From positions 1 through 64,000 of IMG/VR virus record IMGVR_UViG_3300030329_004520: a stretch of 64,000 nt of DNA; one strand, given 5' to 3'. The notes below the pieces were generated by a model. That model was not told where the DNA came from, did no database searches, and saw only the letters and a list, made by a program, of their open reading frames with translations. Positions 1 to 8,352 of the stretch are shown here, piece after piece. The translations under genes were made by a program, and so were the position numbers. How positions within the stretch are numbered: the stretch's first letter is position 1; every line of letters begins with the position of its first letter. Source of the DNA: a virus.

Positions 1-4
1 AAAA

Positions 5-382
5 ATGAAATTAAGTAGAGATATGTTAAAGGGTAGTGTTAGAGTGTTCTATGTTATACTATCAGTACTATTCATAAGGTTATTCGTAGTATATAGTATT
101 CCGTGGTGGGAGATAATAATACCTTCTTTGATATTAATAGGTATAATCAATATGTTACGAGTGTATAGTCTTACTGATGGTATGTTACATCAGATGTTAA
201 GAGAGAAGTTAGGTGACTTAAAGGACTTCGGTAATAAGCTCAATAAGACTTATCTGGAATATGAATATGATATGAAACTAGACGACGCAGACCCAATTAC
301 CGACAAAGTGTTGAATCATACACACAAGAAAAGTAATAAACGGTATAAAGTCAAGAAAAAGAGAACTAGAAGAAAGAACTAG
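5..382 (+). CDS. hypothetical membrane protein
   Basis: 125-aa ORF with two hydrophobic N-terminal segments and a basic tail. Confidence 0.6.
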   Translation: MKLSRDMLKGSVRVFYVILSVLFIRLFVVYSIPWWEIIIPSLILIGIINMLRVYSLTDGMLHQMLREKLGDLKDFGNKLNKTYLEYEYDMKLDDADPITDKVLNHTHKKSNKRYKVKKKRTRRKN

Positions 383-497
383 TTAATGATATACTATGGA
401 TAAAGTTATGATGAATATAGTGTTTGTAATGAAGAGAATTATATAGTGTGTATACATATCGAAAAAACAAGTTTTTTCTCAGAAAAAAATGTACACC

Positions 498-563
498 TGT
501 TACAATTTGTTACAAATAATGTGTAGAAAAACCTTGACTCATATGCGGTTTTATTCGTATATT
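498..563 (+). promoter_or_regulatory. TGTTACA-N3-TGTTACA box 1 plus sigma70-type promoter
   Basis: Box 498-514; TTGACT at 534, 18-nt spacer, TATATT; box-to--35 gap 19 nt. Confidence 0.7.
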
Positions 564-593
564 GTAGTGTAAAAATAAAAGATGTACGAGCTG

Positions 594-649
594 TGTTACA
601 ATTTGTTACAAATAAAAGCTTGTTTCATATAGTAAAAGTGTCGTATATT
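594..649 (+). promoter_or_regulatory. box 2 plus promoter upstream of the structured non-coding region
   Basis: Box 594-610; 9-nt gap; TTGTTT at 620, 18-nt spacer, TATATT 644-649. Confidence 0.7.
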
Positions 650-675
650 ATAGTATAAGATTTAGATTTTTGAAA

Positions 676-1056
676 TATTTCCTGGCCGGAATAGGGATTC
701 AGTATGAAAGTGACTGAATAATAGCTTCCTAAAAAGGTTATAAGGTGTCCGAGTAAGGCCTGTAGTGGGCGATACGAGAGTCAATCTGACGGAGTATCCT
801 AGGCGTAACTGCCTTCGAAAGGAACTTGGTAGAACAAAAAAGATACTTGGTATTTTTTAGCTACTAATGAGAGTAAACCAAAATCTCTCCCACACCAGAA
901 GAATCCCAAAAAATTAGAAATGAGAGAGGTGCTCATACTTGTAAGTAGTATTTATACTACCTCTACCAGTCCCTCAGCACTCTCTCCTCACATATTAAAA
1001 TAGGTTACAGACGGTGTACACCATGGCCCTTAGTTTTACTCCTTTCTCTGAGGGCC
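676..1056 (+). ncRNA. candidate structured non-coding RNA(s)
   Basis: No ORF in the track, GC above background, many stems (GGGATTC 694/GAATCCC 901; GATAC/GTATC; TTGGTAG/CTACTAA; GAGAGAGGTGCT/AGCACTCTCTC; GGCCCTTAG/CTGAGGGCC). Confidence 0.55.
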
Positions 1057-1064
1057 TAAAAACT

Positions 1065-1119
1065 TGTTACAAATTGTTACAATTCTTTTCTTGTTTCCTA
1101 CCTCAAATGTTCGTATATT
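1065..1119 (+). promoter_or_regulatory. box 3 plus promoter of the AAA+ ATPase
   Basis: Box 1065-1081; 9-nt gap; TTGTTT-N17-TATATT. Confidence 0.75.
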
Positions 1120-1154
1120 ATATTGTAAGTTAAATGATAAAAAAGGAGTTATAT

Positions 1155-2345
1155 ATGTCAAAACAAAATTCACCGGAAATCTTAGTTCAAGTCGAGAAAT
1201 CAGGTAATCGTTACAATGCGTATGATACTGATGGAATTAAGAGGACTTCTGAGATTTCTACAACTACTAGGAAACGAGCTTATGAGAATGATTCTTATAT
1301 AGGTAAGTTCCCTACTGCTACTGGTCGTCACTATTGGAGACTAGTTCCTAAATCTGCTGTTGATGTAGATTCTACAAATTCGGCGTCTAACGAAGAAATT
1401 TCGTCAGTTGATATACCTACTGAGCATGCCGAAGTTCTTAATTTTATTCACTCTTCTTACTCACTTAAGCCTAAGGCTTTGATGATGTCAGAACTTAAAT
1501 GGAAATATCTTGTTCGTTCTGCTGTTAGGGGTAAGAATATTATGATGACTGGTCCTGCTGGTTGTGGTAAAACAATGGCTGCCAAGTGTGCTGTTAATGC
1601 GTTGGATAGACCAGACTTTTATTTTAACTTGGGTGCTACTCAAGACCCAAGAGCTACTCTTATTGGTAATACTCACTTCTCTCAAGAAGACGGTACTTAC
1701 TTCTCAGAGTCAGCATTCGTTAAAGCGATTCAAACACCAAACGCTGTGATACTATTAGATGAGTTATCTAGGGCTCACCCAGACGCTTGGAACATCTTAA
1801 TGACGGTATTAGACTATGGTCAGAGATATCTTAGATTAGATGAACAAGATGGTCAGAAAACTATTAATGTGGCTGAGGGTGTAACATTCATAGCAACGGC
1901 TAACATCGGTAATGAGTACACTAGTACTAGAGTGATGGACAAAGCTTTAATGGATAGGTTTACTATTGTAGAGATGGATGTACTATCAGAGGAAGACGAA
2001 AACTCCTTACTTACATATATGTTTCCTAATGTTGATAGTACGGTAATAAGTAATGTAGCTAAGATAGCGACTCTAACGAGAACAGAGTCTAATAGTGAGA
2101 CAGCGAGAATAACTAGTGGGATATCTACTAGAACAACGGTTGAACTATGTGGACTACTATATGACGGGTTCTCTCTAGAAGAGGGTGCTGAAGTTACTAT
2201 CTATCCTCAATTCGATTCTACGGGAGGTGTAGATTCTGAAAGAACCTTTGTTAAACAGATTGTTCAAAAATTCTGTGACGATGGTTCATCTGATGAGTTG
2301 TTCAACGAGGACGAGATGGCTGAGGCGGAAGAGGATAGTTACTAA
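1155..2345 (+). CDS. MoxR/CbbQ/CobS-like AAA+ ATPase
   Basis: Walker A GPAGCGKT, Walker B ILLDE, ATAN, DKALMDRF Arg finger; start placed at 1155 after AAAGGAGT (ORF open from 1134). Confidence 0.9.
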   Translation: MSKQNSPEILVQVEKSGNRYNAYDTDGIKRTSEISTTTRKRAYENDSYIGKFPTATGRHYWRLVPKSAVDVDSTNSASNEEISSVDIPTEHAEVLNFIHSSYSLKPKALMMSELKWKYLVRSAVRGKNIMMTGPAGCGKTMAAKCAVNALDRPDFYFNLGATQDPRATLIGNTHFSQEDGTYFSESAFVKAIQTPNAVILLDELSRAHPDAWNILMTVLDYGQRYLRLDEQDGQKTINVAEGVTFIATANIGNEYTSTRVMDKALMDRFTIVEMDVLSEEDENSLLTYMFPNVDSTVISNVAKIATLTRTESNSETARITSGISTRTTVELCGLLYDGFSLEEGAEVTIYPQFDSTGGVDSERTFVKQIVQKFCDDGSSDELFNEDEMAEAEEDSY

Positions 2346-2353
2346 AAAGTGTA

Positions 2354-2373
2354 AGAGGGGCTTCGGCCCCTCT
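2354..2373 (+). terminator. GC-rich cUUCGg hairpin after the ATPase (terminator or stability element)
   Basis: AGAGGGGC-TTCG-GCCCCTCT; no immediate U-tract. Confidence 0.5.
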
Positions 2374-2486
2374 GCAACTTGAAAAGGTTAATCGCATAAG
2401 GCACGGACACTAGCTTCCGTCCTCTGAGTGATAAACATTTCGAGGCAAATTTTTTTACTATATAAATTAATAAACACTAATAGAAT

Positions 2487-2771
2487 ATGAATTATACTGA
2501 TAATACTAAAGGTTTTAGACGAAGAAATGTCCTAGTCAAGTTAGAACACCTATTACAAGATATCCTCTATAAAATAGAGTATATTGAAGATGTAATACAA
2601 TATGAGAAAAGTTACATGCCTGATGAGGAATACTTTGAATGGACTCTTGATTTGGAAGAATGGCAAAACTACTATTCACGAGTAAGGACTATGTATTGTC
2701 TTATGTCTCGTGGTAGTCGTCTTAGTAGAGTTGATTTAAAAGATTGTAATGATATAAGGAAGATGTTATAA
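2487..2771 (+). CDS. hypothetical protein
   Basis: 94-aa ORF, co-oriented with neighbours. Confidence 0.6.
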   Translation: MNYTDNTKGFRRRNVLVKLEHLLQDILYKIEYIEDVIQYEKSYMPDEEYFEWTLDLEEWQNYYSRVRTMYCLMSRGSRLSRVDLKDCNDIRKML

Positions 2772-2774
2772 TGT

Positions 2775-2829
2775 TGTTACATATTGTTACAATTTACTTA
2801 TTGACTAGTTCCTATATATGTCGTATATT
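2775..2829 (+). promoter_or_regulatory. box 4 plus promoter
   Basis: Box 2775-2791; 9-nt gap; TTGACT-N17-TATATT. Confidence 0.75.
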
Positions 2830-2864
2830 ATAATAGTAATTTTAATTAATAAAGGAGTTTATTT

Positions 2865-2975
2865 ATGTTAGGTTCAATTTTAGTTTTATTTATGTTATGT
2901 TTTGTTGTGAGTTTCAGTATAGGTACTATACTAGCTCATTTGACTTGGAGTCCACCAATAACGGAGGTTAAATAA
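2865..2975 (+). CDS. small membrane peptide (36 aa, not in ORF track)
   Basis: AAAGGAGT RBS; MLGSILVLFMLCFVVSFSIGTILAHLTWSPPITEVK. Confidence 0.6.
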   Translation: MLGSILVLFMLCFVVSFSIGTILAHLTWSPPITEVK

Positions 2976-2976
2976 T

Positions 2977-3135
2977 ATGTTACACGCTGTATGTATAACT
3001 ATCTTCTTAACTATCGTATTCGGTGTTCCGTTTTTCGTTTCTTTCTTCTTAGGAGTCTGTGTGTATATCAATCAACAGAACAAGAAGAATTGTAAGAGAT
3101 ATTGTAATCATTTAAATAATTGTCACAAATATTAA
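2977..3135 (+). CDS. small membrane peptide with Cys/His tail (52 aa, not in ORF track)
   Basis: GGAGG RBS; MLHAVCITIFLTIVFGVPFFVSFFLGVCVYINQQNKKNCKRYCNHLNNCHKY. Confidence 0.6.
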   Translation: MLHAVCITIFLTIVFGVPFFVSFFLGVCVYINQQNKKNCKRYCNHLNNCHKY

Positions 3136-3147
3136 AGGAGTTTTTTT

Positions 3148-3537
3148 ATGGGATATTATAATAGTAATCAAGGAATAGATTTTTCACGACTAGATATTAA
3201 CAAGACTCGTCAGAGTTTACAGAATGGTGGTAGTATAGTATATAAAGATTCATACTACAATCCAGGTAAGAAGGTTTATGTTAAATCTAAGTCACGACAG
3301 GTTGTCACATCTGAAATGCGTTCTGTTATTGTAGAATGTATTAAGGATAAAGTTGATAACTTTGATATAGTACTATCACGACTAGAATCATCAGGACTTG
3401 ATTCAGTTAAAGAATCTTATTGGGATATGGCTCTTCGAGCCTTTAGTTATCTTGATATTAATTCAGAGAGTGATGTAGATAATTGGATTAAGAGTCCTAA
3501 AGATATAAAGTCATATATGACAAAGGAGTGTGTGTAA
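3148..3537 (+). CDS. hypothetical protein
   Basis: 129 aa, AAAGGAGT RBS. Confidence 0.7.
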   Translation: MGYYNSNQGIDFSRLDINKTRQSLQNGGSIVYKDSYYNPGKKVYVKSKSRQVVTSEMRSVIVECIKDKVDNFDIVLSRLESSGLDSVKESYWDMALRAFSYLDINSESDVDNWIKSPKDIKSYMTKECV

Positions 3538-3758
3538 TGATAGAGAAAGCTAATGAATTTTTACAAGACAACGACATTATGGTTCGTATAGGTTCTATCT
3601 GGTATTGTCTAGATGAAATTGGACCTATTGGACATAATGAGTTTCCAATAATAGTTTCAGATGACGATGGTGGTGAACATCAATTTGATATGGCAGACAT
3701 AGATGAGTTTGACCCATCATTTGAATTAATGGATTTAAATCATATGGGGGTAGCGTAA
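3537..3758 (+). CDS. small acidic hypothetical protein
   Basis: AAGGAG RBS, TAATG coupling with upstream gene (ORF open from 3528). Confidence 0.6.
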   Translation: MIEKANEFLQDNDIMVRIGSIWYCLDEIGPIGHNEFPIIVSDDDGGEHQFDMADIDEFDPSFELMDLNHMGVA

Positions 3759-3898
3759 TGTTAGAGACAATTATAGTATGGGGTTTTATTATAGGTTTTA
3801 TTATGTTAGCTGCTTATGTTGTAGCTGATGATAGTTATGATAGTAAGGCTCATCGAGATTTACAAGAAACAATTTTAAATAGAAATGAGGATATATAA
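3758..3898 (+). CDS. small membrane peptide (46 aa, not in ORF track)
   Basis: TAATG-coupled; MLETIIVWGFIIGFIMLAAYVVADD... Confidence 0.55.
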   Translation: MLETIIVWGFIIGFIMLAAYVVADDSYDSKAHRDLQETILNRNEDI

Positions 3899-4008
3899 TG
3901 GTAGATGCAATTGTATGGTTCGGATGGACTGCGATAATATTTATAGGATTACTTGTACTAGTTAGTATGGTAGGATTACCAAAAAAAGGAGAACAAGATA
4001 ATGATTAA
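3898..4008 (+). CDS. small membrane peptide (36 aa, not in ORF track)
   Basis: TAATG-coupled, GAGG RBS; MVDAIVWFGWTAIIFIGLLVLVSMVGLPKK... Confidence 0.55.
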   Translation: MVDAIVWFGWTAIIFIGLLVLVSMVGLPKKGEQDND

Positions 4009-4378
4009 TGGAATTAAACCAGTAATAGGAAATACAACAAAGACTCAAAAGACAACTACGAAAAATGGTTTGTCATTTGATGAAGCGATGGATACATTAC
4101 TTGTTAAGATACAAGAGAATTATGATAAGTGGGGTGGTCTGGATAAGACATTAGATTTATCACTTAAAGTGGGTAGGAAATTTATTAAGGTTGTAGAAGG
4201 TGGTAGAGTATGGGGATTCGTTGCTAAAGTTGACGGAACTCATTGTGGATTACCAATGTTAAAAGGTGATATATTAAAAGCAGCTAGTTGGAGAGCACCT
4301 GCTAAACATTCAAGAGGTAGTATCTTTGATTCAGAGATGCACGAGAGTTTTAGTTGGACAGGTCCAAATTATTTATAA
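4001..4378 (+). CDS. conserved phage hypothetical protein
   Basis: GRKFIKV..VWGFV..GDILKAASWRAPAKH.RG pattern, which I recall from marine phage proteins. Confidence 0.7.
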   Translation: MINGIKPVIGNTTKTQKTTTKNGLSFDEAMDTLLVKIQENYDKWGGLDKTLDLSLKVGRKFIKVVEGGRVWGFVAKVDGTHCGLPMLKGDILKAASWRAPAKHSRGSIFDSEMHESFSWTGPNYL

Positions 4379-4387
4379 GGAGTAAGT

Positions 4388-4882
4388 ATGGCTACAAAAG
4401 ATTCAAACATAAAAGGTGATATTAGATTTTTAAATTTCTTATGGCCGTTTACAAAATGGTCTAATGAGAACAAGATAAACAAATCTGTATACGATGAATT
4501 AATATCAGCTGGTGAGATACAGATTGAAACATTATATGAGAACACTCTAGCTTATCAGAGTAATGGTAAGTTTATTAAAGAGAGTGGTGATGGTCGAGAC
4601 TTTAGTGATGGGTCAGATGCTAAAAAGTCTACCGTTCGATGGAGGAATAAAAGAAATCATTATGATGCACCTGTTACAGGTATATTAAATAAGATAGGTG
4701 ATTTGAGAGTATTGGTATATGAATGGAATTTAGATAAGTTCTATTTCTTTAAGATACCTCATTCTATATATACTGGTATGAAATATATAGAGATACCTTT
4801 TGATAAAGAAACTTATGAACCGAAAAGAAAAAATAAATGGTGGGGATATGAAGTCCCATCGTTTGAGGAGTTATGTAAATGA
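4388..4882 (+). CDS. possible PD-(D/E)xK nuclease-like protein
   Basis: E..RDFSDGSDAK arrangement; RBS AAGGAG. Confidence 0.45.
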   Translation: MATKDSNIKGDIRFLNFLWPFTKWSNENKINKSVYDELISAGEIQIETLYENTLAYQSNGKFIKESGDGRDFSDGSDAKKSTVRWRNKRNHYDAPVTGILNKIGDLRVLVYEWNLDKFYFFKIPHSIYTGMKYIEIPFDKETYEPKRKNKWWGYEVPSFEELCK

Positions 4883-5130
4883 AAAGTAGTAAAAGAGAAT
4901 GGAATTATGATTCACCATTAGGTAAATTAATTATGAAATTAAAAAAGTTAGCAACAGCTATTGAAGTTAAGAAAGGTCCTAGTATGGATATTGATGATGT
5001 TCAATATAGATGGGTTGATGATAGAATACAGATGATGGAGAAACGAAAGAATGGTGTTAAGGGTGGTAGAATGTTAACAAGAGCTGAAATGTCTCAAGCT
5101 AACGAACTATGGACTATGTATGGAAAATAA
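4879..5130 (+). CDS. hypothetical protein
   Basis: 83 aa, ATGA-coupled, GAGGAG RBS. Confidence 0.6.
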   Translation: MKSSKREWNYDSPLGKLIMKLKKLATAIEVKKGPSMDIDDVQYRWVDDRIQMMEKRKNGVKGGRMLTRAEMSQANELWTMYGK

Positions 5131-6019
5131 AGGTTGGATATTAGTAAAGGATAAGTTTTGGGATTCTTATGAAACTGAAAGATTAGTTGAAGAGTTCCAT
5201 AAACAGAATATTAATGTTCAATTAGTAGACCCAAACACTATTGATATATTTGTAAACAAAGAAAATAAAAAGTCAATACTTGTTAATGGTATTTCAAGTG
5301 AAGCTCCTAAGTTTGTCTTCCCAAGAACTGGTAGTGGAACAACTTATTACATCAAGGCTGTGATTAGACACTTCGAAAGAATGGGAGTACCTGTTATAAA
5401 TGGTAGTGATGCTATTGATAGTGTAAAGGATAAGTTATATTCACATCAGATATTAGCAGAATCAAATTTAGATATACCAAAAACAATGTTATTAAAACAT
5501 CCTATTGATGTTGAGTTTGTTCAAAAGAATTTAGGATTCCCTGTCATTGTAAAAACTATAAGTGGTAGTTATGGTAAAGGTGTCTTCTTAGCAGAAACAA
5601 AAAAACAATTGAAACAATTATTGACTATGGCTGAGTTAACAAAAAAATCTTATAACATTATCATACAGGAGTTTATTAAGGACACTTGGGGTAAGGACTT
5701 ACGAGTATTAGTGGTAAATAATAAAGTAGTTGGTTGTATGATGAGACAAGCTACTGATGATGACTTTAGAGCGAACATCACACGAGGTGGTGAAGGTATA
5801 CCTTATGAGGTTAATGAACAGATTGAATGGTTATCAACAGAAGCTTCTAAAGCACTTAGTTTAGATATATCAGGTGTTGACTTATTATTTGATAATGGTG
5901 GTTACAAGATATGTGAAGTTAATTCCAATCCTGGTTTTGAAGGTATGGAAAACTTTACAAAGAAAAATATAGCAGAAGAGATTGTATCATTTATAAAATT
6001 AAAGGTAGGTATAGAATGA
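5120..6019 (+). CDS. rimK: RimK/LysX-family ATP-grasp alpha-L-glutamate ligase
   Basis: DKLYSHQIL, GFPVIVK..GSYGKGV, IIQEFI, DLRVLVV, FRANITRGG, GVDLL, EVNSNPGFEG. Confidence 0.9.
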   Translation: MENKGWILVKDKFWDSYETERLVEEFHKQNINVQLVDPNTIDIFVNKENKKSILVNGISSEAPKFVFPRTGSGTTYYIKAVIRHFERMGVPVINGSDAIDSVKDKLYSHQILAESNLDIPKTMLLKHPIDVEFVQKNLGFPVIVKTISGSYGKGVFLAETKKQLKQLLTMAELTKKSYNIIIQEFIKDTWGKDLRVLVVNNKVVGCMMRQATDDDFRANITRGGEGIPYEVNEQIEWLSTEASKALSLDISGVDLLFDNGGYKICEVNSNPGFEGMENFTKKNIAEEIVSFIKLKVGIE

Positions 6020-6156
6020 AAAAAGGTGAAATATTATTTAAAAGAAAAAGTAATATAAGTTGTAAAGCAGTTCCATTTAAAACAATAATTTGGAACTATT
6101 TATGTTGGGTACTTGCAGGTAAACCAGATGAATGGAAAACAAAATGCCGAGGATAG
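6016..6156 (+). CDS. small hypothetical protein (46 aa, not in ORF track)
   Basis: ATGA overlap with rimK stop; fills the gap to the next gene. Confidence 0.45.
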   Translation: MKKGEILFKRKSNISCKAVPFKTIIWNYLCWVLAGKPDEWKTKCRG

Positions 6157-6353
6157 AAGAATTAGATTTACACGGAATCAAACACGAAGATGTAGATAGA
6201 CTAGTAGAAAATTTTGTGTTATTAAAATCTTTACCAATAAGAATAATAACAGGTAATTCAAATAAGATGAGGGAGTTAGTTATAGAAGTATTAAATAGAC
6301 ACGATATTGAATATGAACAATTCGTATCAAGTCATATAACTATATTAAAATAA
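6132..6353 (+). CDS. stand-alone Smr/MutS2-domain protein
   Basis: LDLHG and IITGNS motifs. Confidence 0.75.
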   Translation: MENKMPRIEELDLHGIKHEDVDRLVENFVLLKSLPIRIITGNSNKMRELVIEVLNRHDIEYEQFVSSHITILK

Positions 6354-6628
6354 TGTGGCCATTTAAAAATAAAATAAAAGAAGAGACTAAACGAGGATTA
6401 TATGGTAACAGATACAATTCAAGTAAGAATGTATCTGGATGGGATGGACTTGGATTGATAGAACAATTATGTTTGATAGTATTACCTTGTCTGTTAGTAT
6501 TTATATTTTATATAATGTTAGAGATGACTGGATTAATTTGGTGGGTAAGATTGATGATAGCTATCGGTAGTGTAGCTATCTTGATGAGTATAATAACACT
6601 ATTAGTTAATTATTTAGTGGAGAAATAA
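6353..6628 (+). CDS. membrane protein
   Basis: two C-terminal hydrophobic helices. Confidence 0.6.
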   Translation: MWPFKNKIKEETKRGLYGNRYNSSKNVSGWDGLGLIEQLCLIVLPCLLVFIFYIMLEMTGLIWWVRLMIAIGSVAILMSIITLLVNYLVEK

Positions 6629-6847
6629 ATGGCTAAGATTTTAGACATAAATACTGGTAAAGAAAAAGAAACAGAATACTTTAATTGCTCGTTGTGTAAT
6701 TGTAAATTCTCAGAAGAAGAAGGTGGTTTAATAAAAGGATTAATAGGAATAATGTTAGTATTTTTTTGTCCTACTTGTTTCTCAGGATTATTAGATATGG
6801 CTGATTACTTTAGAGGAAGAAATGATGATGAAGAAGAAGAAGAGTAA
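6629..6847 (+). CDS. small Zn-ribbon protein with poly-Glu C-terminus
   Basis: CSLC...CPTC; ends NDDEEEEE. Confidence 0.65.
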   Translation: MAKILDINTGKEKETEYFNCSLCNCKFSEEEGGLIKGLIGIMLVFFCPTCFSGLLDMADYFRGRNDDEEEEE

Positions 6848-7028
6848 AAAGAGAAATATGAAATCAGAGATGAAGACTCCTCAACAACACGACCCCCTTA
6901 AAGTCGTTAAAGCGTTTAGCCGTGAATTGACGAAGCTGATGAACACAAGTACCAAAGCCCACAAAGACAAAAAGAAATACTCACGAAAAGAAAAACACAA
7001 AAAAAATTTTTCTTCTGATTTAGATTAA
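6822..7028 (+). CDS. small basic protein
   Basis: HKDKKKYSRKEKHK motif. Confidence 0.55.
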   Translation: MMMKKKKSKKRNMKSEMKTPQQHDPLKVVKAFSRELTKLMNTSTKAHKDKKKYSRKEKHKKNFSSDLD

Positions 7029-7035
7029 AAAAAGC

Positions 7036-7065
7036 TTGACTCGCATTGGGTTTTTTTCGTATATT
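7036..7065 (+). promoter_or_regulatory. sigma70-type promoter without box; probably leaderless mRNA
   Basis: TTGACT-N18-TATATT, ATG follows after 5 nt. Confidence 0.65.
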
Positions 7066-7070
7066 AAAAG

Positions 7071-7484
7071 ATGACAAGAATTAATATAATCAATCCACAG
7101 GAATTGACAGACCAACATTTAATAGCTGAGTATCGTGAAATAACAATGGTACCTGGTTCTCTTAATAGAACACTTAATAGTAAAACAGGTTATCAAGAAT
7201 CAAGAGTTCCTAAACAATATACTTTAAATAGTGGGCATGTATATTTCTTTTATAATAAAGGTAAATACTTACATAAAAGATATAAAGAATTAATTAATGA
7301 AATGAAACGAAGAGGATTTAATCCTGATTCTAATAGATTGTTTCCTGATAAAATATTTAAAGATAATAATTTATATAATGATTGGATACCCACTATAGAA
7401 GATTACAAAATTATAAGACAACGGATAGAAGAACGAATAGCTGATAAACCTGAATGGTATAGGAGAACAGAATATGTTATATGA
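7071..7484 (+). CDS. denV: pyrimidine-dimer DNA glycosylase / endonuclease V
   Basis: MTRIN, LTDQHLIAEYREI, GHVYFFYNK, RI..KP.WYR. Confidence 0.92.
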   Translation: MTRINIINPQELTDQHLIAEYREITMVPGSLNRTLNSKTGYQESRVPKQYTLNSGHVYFFYNKGKYLHKRYKELINEMKRRGFNPDSNRLFPDKIFKDNNLYNDWIPTIEDYKIIRQRIEERIADKPEWYRRTEYVI

Positions 7485-7701
7485 GATAATAGGATGGACA
7501 GCAACATCATTAATATTGATAGGATATTATTTAAATGCTAAAAAATACATAAGTAGTTGGACACTTTGGTTTTTAGGTAATTTATTAATGATGATTTATA
7601 GTATAGGAATAGGAGCTAACCCACAAATAGTTCTAGCATTTATATTAATGGTACTTAACATATATGGATACATTAAATGGAAAAAAGATAATTCGTTTTA
7701 G
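7474..7701 (+). CDS. half-size PnuC-like 3-TM membrane protein
   Basis: GYYLNAKK..SWTLW..GN, NIYGYIKWKK. Confidence 0.55.
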   Translation: MLYEIIGWTATSLILIGYYLNAKKYISSWTLWFLGNLLMMIYSIGIGANPQIVLAFILMVLNIYGYIKWKKDNSF

Positions 7702-7737
7702 AATTTGAATTTATATTTATATAAGAGGGAGGTTATT

Positions 7738-8352
7738 ATGATGAAACATAAAATAATACAAATCGCTATAGTTGAAAATCTCATATGCTTCTTAGATGAA
7801 ATACAAGAGGAAGCACTTATGGATTCTTCTTTGCCTGACAATAAAGAAAAGATTAGATTTTGTAGTTGGGCTATAAAAAAATTATTAGATGCTAAAGATG
7901 CTATCATTACTATTCACGATGATAAGAAAGATTCTGATATAGAAAAAATAGCTAATCGTTATGATAAGATAGATGAAAAGTTTTTTGATTGGAAACTACC
8001 CTCTGATATGTCTGAAAAAGAATTTGATAAAATGTTAGACCAGTTTGACGCTTTCCTACGAGGTTGGGAAAAAGAATACAATAAAAAACATCCTGATAAA
8101 CCCGCGCCAAAAAGAAAACAAAAATTTAAACCACCTCATATAAATGATGTAGCAGAATATATGTCACTTGAAGAAATAAAAGAATATCTTTTAGATGACC
8201 CTGAGCTTACGAATGAAGAACGATTCGAATTATATTATGAAGAGTATAGAAGAGAACAACAGAAGAAAGAAGATAAGAAAGCTGCTAGAGGAGCTCTGTC
8301 ATATGATGAGATGTTGAAGAAATTAAAAATATTACCGTCTAAGAAGAAGTAA
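7738..8352 (+). CDS. charged hypothetical protein
   Basis: GGGAGG RBS before ATG 7738; ATATTTATA motif upstream (ORF open from 7705). Confidence 0.65.
   Translation: MMKHKIIQIAIVENLICFLDEIQEEALMDSSLPDNKEKIRFCSWAIKKLLDAKDAIITIHDDKKDSDIEKIANRYDKIDEKFFDWKLPSDMSEKEFDKMLDQFDAFLRGWEKEYNKKHPDKPAPKRKQKFKPPHINDVAEYMSLEEIKEYLLDDPELTNEERFELYYEEYRREQQKKEDKKAARGALSYDEMLKKLKILPSKKK

Noticed and set aside
676-1056. RNase P, tmRNA, SRP or hammerhead identity for the structured region
   Set aside because: Hallmark sequences (GAGGAAAGUCC, tRNA-like ends, GGAAGG-AGCAG, CUGANGA/GAAA core) were not found by eye
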